A DNA stretch of 64,000 nt from a virus. Positions within the stretch are counted from its first letter, which is position 1; each line of letters starts with the position of its first letter. A program made the translations under genes and the position numbers. Under the pieces are notes generated by a model. It saw only the letters and a program-made list of their open reading frames with translations, did not search any database and was not told the DNA's origin. Below, one piece after another: positions 1 through 9,363 of the stretch. The stretch is from positions 36,323 through 100,322 of the IMG/VR virus record IMGVR_UViG_3300044796_000141; one strand, 5' to 3'.

Positions 1-4
1 TTAT

Positions 5-361
5 ATGAAGAAAATTAAAAAATTTAAAGTAAAATCATTACCTCCAGAAGAAATTGCAAAAACACTTGGAGCTTCAAAAGAATATAACAAGGCATTATTG
101 CAACTTGGTCTTCCTAAAAAGATTCCAGAAAAAGAACAATGGCTTTGGGATAATCCAAAGGCGCTAGCTAGCGTTAAGCGTGGACTAAGACAAGCCGGCA
201 AAATGAAAGAAAGTTATGACGATGGTTATAATCAGGGCACAAAAGACCTTTGGAAACAAGTAAAATATATTGTTGCAATTGTTTCAATGGGCGCCACACC
301 AGGTGAGTCTTTAATTGACGAAGCTGACAGACTTATAGAAAAATTTCATAATAAGCGTTGA
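5..361 (+). CDS. hypothetical protein (118 aa)
   Basis: Complete ORF. Confidence 0.7.
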   Translation: MKKIKKFKVKSLPPEEIAKTLGASKEYNKALLQLGLPKKIPEKEQWLWDNPKALASVKRGLRQAGKMKESYDDGYNQGTKDLWKQVKYIVAIVSMGATPGESLIDEADRLIEKFHNKR

Positions 362-416
362 CTTTATCAAAAAATGATGATAATATCAGTTTTACATATA
401 CAAGGAGAAAAAATAT

Positions 417-600
417 ATGGCAACTAGAAAAGAAACAGAAGAAATTAAACCTATAGTGCTCGGCACTGATGCTCCTGTTGCTGGTGGTCGGGCCGGGCGG
501 CGGGAGTGGAGTGACATACATATGGTATACTACCGTCTCATCAACAACTGCTAATCCGCAATGGACTTGGAACCAAACTTATCTTAGTGGCGGAATTTAA
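417..600 (+). CDS. small Gly-rich protein, interrupted by in-frame CGG at 489-491; reads MATRKETEEIKPIVLGTDAPVAGG|GPGGGSGVTYIWYTTVSSTTANPQWTWNQTYLSGGI if CGGG is read as one Gly
   Basis: SD-like aaggag upstream of ATG 417; the +1 shift at CGG 489 gives an open frame to TAA 598-600, abutting the next ATG. Confidence 0.6.
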
Positions 601-914
601 TGAACAATAATTACAAAAATGACAAAGGACACATAACATTTGGAGTGCCTTCGCCTTTAGCAGAAGATTTTAAATCTACGAAAGATTCTGAAACTTTGCA
701 AGAAAAATATGCTACTAAAAAAGTTTGGGTATTGCTTTTTGGAACTGAACAGAGCATGTGTGGTTGCGCCGATGAAAGAATTGCCGGCGTTTATATTTCA
801 GAAGAAAAAGCAAAATTTGCAAAAAACGAAAAAGAATTAGATTTATTAAAACGAAACTATAATCACAGTACAAGAAAGCATTGGTATTTTATAGATTCTT
901 GGGACATAGAGTGA
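600..914 (+). CDS. hypothetical protein
   Basis: ORF, 104 aa. Confidence 0.65.
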   Translation: MNNNYKNDKGHITFGVPSPLAEDFKSTKDSETLQEKYATKKVWVLLFGTEQSMCGCADERIAGVYISEEKAKFAKNEKELDLLKRNYNHSTRKHWYFIDSWDIE

Positions 915-1318
915 AGACCAAAGAGCTAATTGCAATGCTCCAAGAAGAAGACCCTTCTGGCGAAGCTAATGTAATGACATCAGACGGTCCAGTTTATTTT
1001 TGCGAACTTAAACCTGGATGGTATGATGGTGCAGGATATGAACTTATCATTGACGAAAATAAAAAACCATACTACAGTGTTATTGGTATGCGAAGAGATA
1101 CAAGTACAGATAAAATTTGCATTCAGGGCTTAGACATTAGAGACATATTATTTGACGCCAGACCAGAAGAAAGAATGAATAAGTTAATTTGGGAATATAA
1201 AGGCGCGAACCCAAAGGGCTTAGAAGATTTTCTGGCCTACATAAAAGAAGTAAAAGAAAAAGTCCTAAAAGAGATAACAGATATAGAAATTGAATTAAAA
1301 AATTTGGATACTAAATGA
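911..1318 (+). CDS. hypothetical protein (GTG start)
   Basis: ORF overlapping the previous stop (GTGA). Confidence 0.6.
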   Translation: MKTKELIAMLQEEDPSGEANVMTSDGPVYFCELKPGWYDGAGYELIIDENKKPYYSVIGMRRDTSTDKICIQGLDIRDILFDARPEERMNKLIWEYKGANPKGLEDFLAYIKEVKEKVLKEITDIEIELKNLDTK

Positions 1319-1488
1319 AAAAAGATACTAAAATAATTTTAGAAGGAATGGTTCAAGTAGCTTTGATTTTACGAAATCTTTGCATAGCTTGTGCGAAAAA
1401 TTCAAGCACAGAAGCTCAAATGTATTCAGATAATACGCAACACATAAATGAATTATATAAGCTAATCAACCAAACAATATCACAATGA
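1315..1488 (+). CDS. hypothetical small protein (57 aa)
   Basis: ATGA overlap with upstream ORF. Confidence 0.5.
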   Translation: MKKDTKIILEGMVQVALILRNLCIACAKNSSTEAQMYSDNTQHINELYKLINQTISQ

Positions 1489-1655
1489 ATTTAGAAGAGC
1501 TATCAGATATATTAGAACCGCGTGAAGAAATAGAAGAGTCCGCTTTTGATGAAGCGGCATTTCAAGCGATGCTAAGAGCGCCTGTACTTTTATTAAATAG
1601 AAATGTCGATTTGTCTCCCGGTGAAATACCTGTTATAAGAAATGTCAATCATTAA
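1485..1655 (+). CDS. MNLEELSDILEPR small protein (N-terminal tag family)
   Basis: ATGA overlap; N-terminus matches the MNIEELE..L.P family found in at least 9 other genes here. Confidence 0.55.
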   Translation: MNLEELSDILEPREEIEESAFDEAAFQAMLRAPVLLLNRNVDLSPGEIPVIRNVNH

Positions 1656-1748
1656 TGTTGTTGCCGGTGCTGACATCTTTAGTGTTAGAGTAGATAGCGT
1701 ACAATTAAAACAAGTAAAACAAAATAGAGATTATTAAAGAATTAGCCT

Positions 1749-2054
1749 ATGAAATGGGAATGCACAAACTGTCTTAAAGATATGCAAAATAACTTTAATC
1801 ATTTTGTTTACTATCGGGATGAGGGTGCAGCTCGCTCCAGCGATAAAGAAAACTTTATATGCGACCCTTGCTGGACTGAATGGGTCGGCTCCAAAATAAA
1901 ATCTTACACCTTAGCCTATTGTTCAGTCTGTAGAAAAGACCACTACGAAAACTTCTTTGGATATTATATTACTAGAGTTACAGCAAACAAATCCTATGAC
2001 TTTATGGTGTGTAAAAAGTGTTTGGAAGTTTGTATAGGCAAAGATAATATATGA
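1749..2054 (+). CDS. zinc-finger (CxxC) protein, tandem paralog A
   Basis: CTNC, CDPC, CSVC, CKKC motifs; similar layout to the next ORF. Confidence 0.7.
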   Translation: MKWECTNCLKDMQNNFNHFVYYRDEGAARSSDKENFICDPCWTEWVGSKIKSYTLAYCSVCRKDHYENFFGYYITRVTANKSYDFMVCKKCLEVCIGKDNI

Positions 2055-2389
2055 GTCATTCTCATGGTTCTATGCCGCCGTCATTCCAAGATAAGCATAA
2101 AGAATGCGCCAATTGCAATATCAAATTAGAAAAGAAAGACAAACACTTTCATTATTATCCAGGCAGACCTGGCACTTATAGAAATTATATTTGTACGCTC
2201 TGTTATTACAAATATATTCATAATGATATAGTAGAGCATTCGATGAATTTTTGTTCAATGTGTAAATTGAATGGCGGTAATAATTTCTTTAGATATTTCA
2301 TAAGTTATAGCGAAGCAGAAGAGATAGTGTATGAATTTATGATTTGCCAACTCTGCTTCTGTAAACGCGTAGGCATAGACAATATTTAA
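2051..2389 (+). CDS. zinc-finger (CxxC) protein, tandem paralog B
   Basis: CANC, CTLC, CSMC, CQLC motifs. Confidence 0.7.
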   Translation: MSHSHGSMPPSFQDKHKECANCNIKLEKKDKHFHYYPGRPGTYRNYICTLCYYKYIHNDIVEHSMNFCSMCKLNGGNNFFRYFISYSEAEEIVYEFMICQLCFCKRVGIDNI

Positions 2390-2408
2390 TCCGCGCTTGG
2401 CGTATTTG

Positions 2409-2437
2409 TTGACAAATACTTCCACTTATGCTATTCT
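2409..2437 (+). promoter_or_regulatory. sigma70-like promoter
   Basis: TTGACA-N17-TATTCT. Confidence 0.65.
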
Positions 2438-2454
2438 TACGCGAGGGAGCTAAA

Positions 2455-2793
2455 ATGAATAAAAATATTAAAAAATGGGTAGAAGCACTTCGTTCAGGCG
2501 AATATAGACAAACTAGAGGCAAGCTTCGTACTAGCAAGACCAATGGTGGCTATTGTTGTTTAGGTGTCCTTTGCGATGTTTTCCAAAAAGAAACTGGCGT
2601 AGGCGAATGGAAAAATAGTCCTCCATATCAAGAAAATATGAAATTTTTGAATCAAGCTGAGAATCCACCAATCAAAGTAAGAAAATGGGTCGGATTAAAT
2701 TATAAAGAAATGAAAAAACTTATTGCCTTAAATGATGGTAGTCATTACAACTTTGCAAAAATTGCAGACTATATAGAAAAAAATATTAAGTAA
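2455..2793 (+). CDS. phage protein with CCLGVLCD motif
   Basis: MNKNIKKWVEALRSGEYRQTRGKLR...GYCCLGVLCD...; this motif recurs in phage hypothetical proteins. Confidence 0.7.
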   Translation: MNKNIKKWVEALRSGEYRQTRGKLRTSKTNGGYCCLGVLCDVFQKETGVGEWKNSPPYQENMKFLNQAENPPIKVRKWVGLNYKEMKKLIALNDGSHYNFAKIADYIEKNIK

Positions 2794-2799
2794 TTGCAA

Positions 2800-3000
2800 T
2801 GGGGCAACGCGGAAGGACGCGTAGCAAATGGCAGCAGTGACGAAATGAAGCGGTCGTCATCTCTGGTAACAGAGGGGACATGTGGACGACCCTAGGCGCA
2901 CAAGGGGCGCAACTAGAGCGCGATTATTGTCAGGTCGCCCGGAATCCCGGTTCAAAGCCGGAGCGGAAACGGTCACTAGTAGGTACTCAAGCCCTACCCC
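2800..3000 (+). ncRNA. candidate structured RNA of unknown class
   Basis: About 200 nt non-coding with ggtcgtc/gacgacc (7 bp) enclosing ctctg-gtaa-cagag (GNRA loop), ctaggcgc..ggcgcaactag and ccgg-ttcaaag-ccgg. Confidence 0.4.
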
Positions 3001-3011
3001 CGTTATTTATA

Positions 3012-3041
3012 TTGACAAACTGAATAGTTGTATGCTACAAT
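3012..3041 (+). promoter_or_regulatory. sigma70-like promoter
   Basis: TTGACA-N18-TACAAT. Confidence 0.6.
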
Positions 3042-3047
3042 AAGAAA

Positions 3048-3692
3048 ATGGCACAAAATATTAATGAACCAACCGATACAACTACAAGTAAATGGTTGGC
3101 TATTATGACAACTATTCTCGCAACCAATGACGGTACAAAGATAATCAATAATTTATTATTGTTGATTCATATCACTATACAAGAAAAATATTCTTTAGTT
3201 ATTTTTTGGTTTATTTGTTTTTGGTCGTATCGTTTTATAGTACCTAAAAAAAAACATAAAGAAAAAGAAATTCCAATATCCTTTTCAAAAATAGCTAAAA
3301 AACAAAGAATAATTGACATAGTTTCTAGTTTGGGATTAATCTTAATAAGAGAATTTATATTAGATAAATTAGGTGTATTATATTATGAAAGTTTCGCGCG
3401 CCCAAAACCATGGTATGAAAAAAGCACTTGGAATGCCGCAACACCTGAATCAATTGCAAGCCATGAAAAAAATATTGATTGGTTGGACAGAATAAGATTT
3501 AAAAATGGCATCGCTAAAGAATACCAATATTCGCGTGACCATAAAACTTTAACCGTAAAAGAAACAGAACCTAATGAAATTGCATTTAAAGATACTATTG
3601 GAGATATGCAAAAAGAATTTTTAGTACTTCTTTTTGCTTCTAATCATTTTCCTTTTTGGTATTTGATAAGAAAATTAAAAAGAATTAAATGA
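3048..3692 (+). CDS. putative membrane protein (214 aa)
   Basis: Hydrophobic segments IINNLLLLIHITIQ and YSLVIFWFICFWSYRFIV. Confidence 0.65.
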   Translation: MAQNINEPTDTTTSKWLAIMTTILATNDGTKIINNLLLLIHITIQEKYSLVIFWFICFWSYRFIVPKKKHKEKEIPISFSKIAKKQRIIDIVSSLGLILIREFILDKLGVLYYESFARPKPWYEKSTWNAATPESIASHEKNIDWLDRIRFKNGIAKEYQYSRDHKTLTVKETEPNEIAFKDTIGDMQKEFLVLLFASNHFPFWYLIRKLKRIK

Positions 3693-4478
3693 ACGAGCAA
3701 GACTTCAAACAAACCTTAACTGGAACTATATATCGAATTGTATTCCCTAATGGTAAAGTATACATCGGGCAAACAATCCAGAATGTAAAAGACAGATTCG
3801 GGTCTCATAAAAAAGACGCCTATCACGATGCCAATCCGGCCTATTATACTCTTATAGGAAAAGCAATTCGTAAATACGGTAAAGAAAATATTAAATTAGA
3901 AATCCTTCATGAAAAAATTCAATGGGATGATTTAGACAATTTAGAAATATCTGAAATTAAAAACCATAGCTCTATGGACCCCGCCAAGGGGTATAATATG
4001 ACCGAAGGACGGACACTTTAACCAGCGCAATGCCGACAAGGCCAAAGAGAACTTTGAGCGTTATTTATCTGATAAAAAAATAAAAGAAAAATTAGAAATA
4101 ATAAAAACGCAAAAAAGAGCATTAACTAATTTTGAAAAGAATTTAAAGAAAGACTTAACTCAATTTGTTAACAGCCAAGATAATACTAAAGAAGAAGAAT
4201 TAGAAACTATAAGAAATAGGTTTTTGTTTGCCAAAAAACAAAAAGAAATTAATCAAAGTTTAGCAAATGGAACCAGGCAAAAATCATCGCAATATAGAGG
4301 CGTGTGTTACGACAAGCAACACGACAAATGGAAAGCTTCAATTAAATATCAAGGTAAAAAAATACATATAGGGCAATTTAAAACGCAAGAAGACGCTGCA
4401 TTAGCTTATAATAACAAAGCAATTCAATTATTAGGTAATAAAGCTGTATTAAACGTTATCAATTATCCTATACCATAA
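3689..4478 (+). CDS. GIY-YIG endonuclease fused to AP2-like domain, with one CGG quadruplet site (4010-4012)
   Basis: GTIYRIVFPNGKVYIGQT (GIY-YIG); after GYNMTEG|GHFNQRNADKAKENF... the +1 frame runs to SSQYRGVCYDKQHDKWKASIKYQGKKIHIGQFKTQEDAALAYNNKAI (AP2). Confidence 0.85.
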
Positions 4479-4633
4479 ATTTTTATTCCCGTATTTTTCG
4501 ACGCAATAGGAATAGCGGGTTCACTTACAATTTCAGAAAACTTTATATGTTTGTTGTTATGTCCATTGAGGCGTTATATACCCCTTAATTAAGCGCTGAA
4601 CCCGCACCTTAATTGCGTGGTATACGCCTTGCT

Positions 4634-4695
4634 AATGCATATCATATGCCAGTCACGCATTGTAACGCATTAGGTTATGGCATATGATATGCATT
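4634..4695. repeat. perfect 18-bp inverted repeat
   Basis: AATGCATATCATATGCCA (4634-4651) / TGGCATATGATATGCATT (4678-4695). Confidence 0.9.
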
Positions 4696-5086
4696 GCTTA
4701 TATATTATACTAAGAGTTATAAGGCTATGAGCAACGCGTTATAATATGCGCGTGTCTATCCCTTGACTACTGCTTACTATTGCAATGCCAATGCCTTTCT
4801 GTCACTCACTATTCTATAACAATATCAATAGGTTACACTTGGCATAAGAATTGCCCTGCATTGTATAGACTCACAAACTGGAATAACCTGTTATAAGAAT
4901 TAAGTAATCGTTTTCTTTAGCACGCACAAACCATGCCATTTAGATTGCGTTTAGAATGCATTACATATTGCGTATGTATGCGTAAGATAACCCTTGACAC
5001 TAGCTTTAATGTATGCATTAGGATTGCGCGTGCTTACAAAGATATTAACTTCTCAGTTGTCAAGTAAAATCTAAAGCTTAGTTTAA

Positions 5087-5396
5087 ATTATACACCATAG
5101 GGAAACACTAAGCGAACGCATATCCTAACGCGTTGTGTTATACCTATACAATACCTTAACATATCTGCTTAACTCCCGCATAAAGAGCGCGTTTATATGC
5201 GTTGTAAGTGCTGCAATAGTCTGTCAGTATACACGCGCACATAACGCAGTGTGTTACGCAGAGCTTTAAGCTTATATAAAACATATACTAATGTTTAATC
5301 TAAACGTATAGGTATGCATCTATCTGGCATGAGTAATGCAGATATAATAATACTATAAGCATTTACCTTGCAAGTATTATACCTATGGTGTATAAT
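5087..5396. repeat. perfect 15-bp inverted repeat, arms ~300 bp apart
   Basis: ATTATACACCATAGG (5087-5101) / CCTATGGTGTATAAT (5382-5396). Confidence 0.85.
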
Positions 5397-5648
5397 GATT
5401 ATATATTCATATGGTATCTGCTATCCTTATGTATGTGTTTCGGTATTGAATGCCGCTCAAATGGAGTGCAGTTGCTATCATGTACGCTTGCCGGTCTAAT
5501 GCGTTGAATAACGCGCACGGGGCGCCTAGTCTCTGTCCTAGTATGCCTATGGGTTAGCGTGGTTCTAATCGCCTTTAAACCGCTCGCGCTCAACTTGGCA
5601 TAGGAGCAGTGCGTCAAGAGCACCCATAACTATGCAAAAAAGTCAATA

Positions 5649-5838
5649 GTGACGTTTCTTGTCAGTTTTCTCCTATACTATCCGTAAACTAATCGCCTAT
5701 CCTACTGAATACTATAAGAATTTATAAGAGTGACGTTTTTTGCTCCCCTAGGCGCAAATTGTCACCTGTTTTTCCCTAATGTTTTCCGCCCCTTAGATGT
5801 TTCGCGTGCTTAATGGGTGACGTTTCTTGTCAGTTTTC
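5649..5838. repeat. 22-bp direct repeat GTGACGTTTCTTGTCAGTTTTC, two copies plus a partial
   Basis: Copies at 5649-5670 and 5817-5838; partial gtgacgttttttg near 5730. Confidence 0.85.
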
Positions 5839-6527
5839 GTTCTGCTTAATAAGCGCCACCCCTTGAATTCATTGGGTTTTCTATTAGATTTTTAGCTTGG
5901 CACTTGCTATGCATTTACTTAGAATCACATAGACGCCGCAAACAACCGATAAAAGGTTAGATGCGCTAGCGAAACGGTTAAACCGTGTAGCTATTAAATG
6001 TCGCGACTTGCAAGGCTCTAGCGGGCCAAGGTTAACAAGTCTAGGTGATGCGCTCCAAGGTGGCGCATGACTGAGCCTAATAGGGTAAGGCAATCCTAGG
6101 GAATGACCTGCTAGCGGCTTAGATAAACCATGTGCGCCGCTACACCGCAAGTGCATATAGAGTAGCTAAAACCATTCGATTGCTTAGATACATAAACAAT
6201 ATTTAAGCGTTGTCTGTTAGTGGACTATAACAGTAGTGGCTTGCGTGATTAAATGAATTTTGTTTCACTTTAGCCGCTTTCACAGGGTTAGACGGTCGCA
6301 ACCTTCCCGCGCTATGTGCTCGCGTTGTTTAACGCTAGCTGATGTTGAGCCGCATACGCTCGCGACCGAGATTAAATAGCTTTACAATTGCGGATTAAAC
6401 GCAGTTGTGTTTTCTCGCATCGCATTAGCCTGTTAGCCTTGTGCTAGCGTGTTAGTGCGATGCACAGTCAACATAACTTGACTAAGATTTTAAACCGTGC
6501 AAATGTGCACACAACAAAGGATAATAT

Positions 6528-6839
6528 ATGAACAGCATTGTTAATACCATTCTCGCTCGCCTTGCCTCGCAATTTGCCTCAAATGTTGGCACAACTGGTA
6601 GCGGCACCTTGTCGCATGATACTTTGCTCGCTATGGCGTGCGACCTTGGCTTGACTGAGCGCAAGCGCAAAGTGGGCACGGTTGCAACGCTTGCCGGTTG
6701 TGAGTATGTCGGCGCGGATATGCGCGAAGTAGTGGAAGCGACAAAGGAAGCGCGCGAAGCGGCTAAAATCGACGCGCAGATTGCTAAGCTTACTGCTAAG
6801 CGCGAGCAATTGGCGAGCGGTAACGCAGCACAAGCTTAA
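6528..6839 (+). CDS. small protein family A, member 1
   Basis: ...LSHDTLLAMACDLGLTERKRKVGTVATLAGCEYV...IAKLTAKREQLA; paralogous to 9364 and 11905 ORFs. Confidence 0.75.
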   Translation: MNSIVNTILARLASQFASNVGTTGSGTLSHDTLLAMACDLGLTERKRKVGTVATLAGCEYVGADMREVVEATKEAREAAKIDAQIAKLTAKREQLASGNAAQA

Positions 6840-6904
6840 TTGCTTATAGTGCTTCTAAGCGAAAGCTTAGGGGCATTAGTAAACAACTAAGAAAGGATTA
6901 AGCA

Positions 6905-7078
6905 ATGATACAAAACAAAGTAACGAAAGCTTTCGCTATTGTTGTGCGCATGGTCGAAAAAGAAAAAGAATTGTCCGGCGAGTATCAAGGCAATCAATGG
7001 GCAATCCAATTTGCAGCCGAGCACGTGAAGCTTAATAGCGATGAATTGCGCCGCTTGACTAACCTTTGTAACCTGTGA
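6905..7078 (+). CDS. hypothetical small protein (57 aa)
   Basis: ATG 6905, SD aaagga upstream. Confidence 0.5.
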   Translation: MIQNKVTKAFAIVVRMVEKEKELSGEYQGNQWAIQFAAEHVKLNSDELRRLTNLCNL

Positions 7079-7090
7079 AAGGGTAATGAC

Positions 7091-7282
7091 ATGACGAAAA
7101 AAGATTATGAATTGATTGCACGCAATTTTAGGACCACAATGGCCACGGCTAAGCGATTGAAAGCGGACGCAAGCGCGGGAATGATTCTAGTGCTAGCGAA
7201 TAGCCTAGCCGCTGATTTAGCGATTGATAACCCGCGCTTTAATCGCGAGACATTCCTTAGCGCTTGTGGTATTGCATACTAA
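7091..7282 (+). CDS. hypothetical protein
   Basis: ORF, 63 aa with SD. Confidence 0.6.
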   Translation: MTKKDYELIARNFRTTMATAKRLKADASAGMILVLANSLAADLAIDNPRFNRETFLSACGIAY

Positions 7283-7297
7283 CGAAAGGGTAAACAT

Positions 7298-7528
7298 ATG
7301 TCAGATTATAACGGTTGGTCTAATTGGGATACATGGAACACTAACCTTTATCTAAACAATGATGAGGGGAGTTATTTTGCGGCGCGTGCTATCTGCCGCA
7401 AAGACCATCGCCCTAGCTGCGAAAAAGATTTAGAAGCATTGGCGCGCGAGATTGTGCCGACTAGTGAAGGTATAGACTTTAATGATGTTGACTGGCAAGA
7501 AATTATTAAAGGTTTCAACGAAGATTAA
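7298..7528 (+). CDS. phage protein, YNGWSNWDTWNTNLYLNND family
   Basis: N-terminal YNGWxNxxTW motif, common in phage hypothetical proteins. Confidence 0.7.
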   Translation: MSDYNGWSNWDTWNTNLYLNNDEGSYFAARAICRKDHRPSCEKDLEALAREIVPTSEGIDFNDVDWQEIIKGFNED

Positions 7529-7673
7529 ACGCTTATAATGTATATAATTGGGTTGTCTCTCTGAACGCGGCGTAAAATGTGGGAATGAATAAAGTTAACG
7601 CGGGAATTAGTACCACATAACCCAATTAGCTACATTATTAAACGCTTAATGATTATATAATCAGGGAGCCTAT

Positions 7674-8240
7674 ATGAAATTTGTAATCGTTATCTTATTC
7701 GCACTGCTTACCGCGTGCCGCATTACCACACAAACCTTTAACACTAAGGCAGAGAGTAACGCGCTAGACGTTGCGAGCCTTGCTAACGCTGTAGACTTTG
7801 CTAACAGTGTCGCCGGTTGCGAAATGATTAGAATGGATGACAAGGTAGCGGCTAACTTTACCTTTTCAACCGATAAGGAATGTGAAAGCACACTTAAAAA
7901 TAACACTTGTCCAGGGGGGCAATGTGAAGGTATTACATACTGGAGCATTGCAACGCAGCCGACTATCTGCGCGCGCTCATATGCGGTTTATCCGTGGTCG
8001 TTTGCATGGTCTAACAATGATGTGAGCAATAAAGATGCGGCTGCTTATGTTACCTATTTACACGAAATAGGACATGCGGCCGGGCTTGACCATACAAAGC
8101 GAGTGGGTGATATCATGTATCAGGAAGTTGTAAGCGATGGTCAAGTTTACAACTTTGATAGCGTTGAACGATTTATTAAACAACTGAAGGATAACGGCAA
8201 TAAATGCTTGCCGCCTAAAGGAAATAAAAATGTCAACTAA
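7674..8240 (+). CDS. lipoprotein metzincin-like metalloprotease
   Basis: Signal/lipobox LLTAC; HEIGHAAGLDH (HExxHxxGxxH) followed by MY (IMYQ). Confidence 0.8.
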   Translation: MKFVIVILFALLTACRITTQTFNTKAESNALDVASLANAVDFANSVAGCEMIRMDDKVAANFTFSTDKECESTLKNNTCPGGQCEGITYWSIATQPTICARSYAVYPWSFAWSNNDVSNKDAAAYVTYLHEIGHAAGLDHTKRVGDIMYQEVVSDGQVYNFDSVERFIKQLKDNGNKCLPPKGNKNVN

Positions 8241-8823
8241 ATATTATATAATTATGTTTATGATGGCTGCTTGCCGCGACCCTTTCGCGCCCGCTGATGT
8301 CCTTTGCCATGATTACAACGCAATTGAACGCACCACAGTTAACTTGGCGCCGCAAGCGACTGTTGATTGCGTAGTGAATGCCATGAATGAGGCGCTAGAG
8401 TGTGAGCAATTTAGCGTTAATGGCTTGACAGTTACTAACAAAATTACTAACGCAATGATTACAATTCATTTTGTTAGCCACGATATCACGGCAACTAATA
8501 ATGAATTGCCTTCGGCTGAACAAAGCGAAGTGAAAAAGACTGGAGATTATTGCGGCTATACATTCAACACAAAAGCGGGCGCTAATCCTACATATGATAT
8601 TTATGTTGATAACGGCAATGATGCTAGCAATGATGCGCCAAGTATTCTCGCGCATGAGTTAGGCCATTCAATGCTCTTGACATTCCCTGATAATCCTACG
8701 GATAGTGTTCACTCGCTTGATGTCAATAACTTAATGTATTATTCAGGCACACCATTTTTGTCTAAGTCTAATCTCGCTACAATGGCGAATGAATTGCAAC
8801 AACAAAACTTAACCTGTAAATAA
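8230..8823 (+). CDS. lipoprotein, HExxH metalloprotease-like
   Basis: Lipobox MAAC; AHELGHSM followed by NLMYY. Confidence 0.7.
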   Translation: MSTKYYIIMFMMAACRDPFAPADVLCHDYNAIERTTVNLAPQATVDCVVNAMNEALECEQFSVNGLTVTNKITNAMITIHFVSHDITATNNELPSAEQSEVKKTGDYCGYTFNTKAGANPTYDIYVDNGNDASNDAPSILAHELGHSMLLTFPDNPTDSVHSLDVNNLMYYSGTPFLSKSNLATMANELQQQNLTCK

Positions 8824-8834
8824 AGGAAATTTAT

Positions 8835-8945
8835 ATGAACACTAAAGAAAAAATTATCTCTTCATTCTTTGCCGCGTCTATTGTCCTTAGTTCATTCGGT
8901 ATCGTTGCGGCGTGGGCGCATTGTTTGGCAGTCATTCACGGATAA
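8835..8945 (+). CDS. hypothetical small membrane peptide
   Basis: ATG 8835 with SD aaagga; hydrophobic. Confidence 0.4.
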   Translation: MNTKEKIISSFFAASIVLSSFGIVAAWAHCLAVIHG

Positions 8946-8956
8946 TAGGGGGATAT

Positions 8957-9196
8957 ATGAAAGACTGGATTATTACTCGCATTGCAAAAAATCTTGATAC
9001 GCGGTCCGCTAAAGAATTCCCATTGCGCATCGAAGGTGTAAACCTTAATGCGAGCGCGCTAATGTATGGCGATACTAATCGCTATTTTGAATGGCGTGTG
9101 CGCGATGTTTATGACTCGCGTTATGATATCGGTAAAGCAGTCATCGCCGATGATGTGCCGCTAGTTCTAATGCAAGAGTGTAGACGCAACGGCTAA
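8957..9196 (+). CDS. hypothetical protein
   Basis: MKDWIITRIAKNLDTR..., SD ggggg upstream. Confidence 0.55.
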   Translation: MKDWIITRIAKNLDTRSAKEFPLRIEGVNLNASALMYGDTNRYFEWRVRDVYDSRYDIGKAVIADDVPLVLMQECRRNG

Positions 9197-9363
9197 GCTT
9201 AATCGTATCGCAGAAATGAAAGGCACCTAAACGAAATAAAAAATTACACTATCTACTTGCATTGGTTTTCTAGTTGTCTTACAGTATCTACACGGCATGA
9301 CTTGCAATTTCGCCAGCCATGCCACAAACAAGGGCGCAAGCCCAAAAAAGAAAAGGGTTTTAT

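Noticed and set aside
2800-3000. tmRNA, RNase P RNA or group I/II intron identity for the structured RNA
   Set aside because: No tmRNA tag/acceptor, RNase P or intron core signatures were recognisable; left unclassified.
3689-4478. Two separate genes (GIY-YIG 3689..4021 and AP2 4224..4478)
   Set aside because: The stretch between them is open in the AP2 frame right up to the CGG, and the joined protein gives the canonical GYNMTEGG motif.
5399-6156. Minus-strand ORFs 5399..5623 and 5884..6156
   Set aside because: Low-complexity translations lacking SD and conserved motifs; better explained as chance ORFs in a non-coding region.
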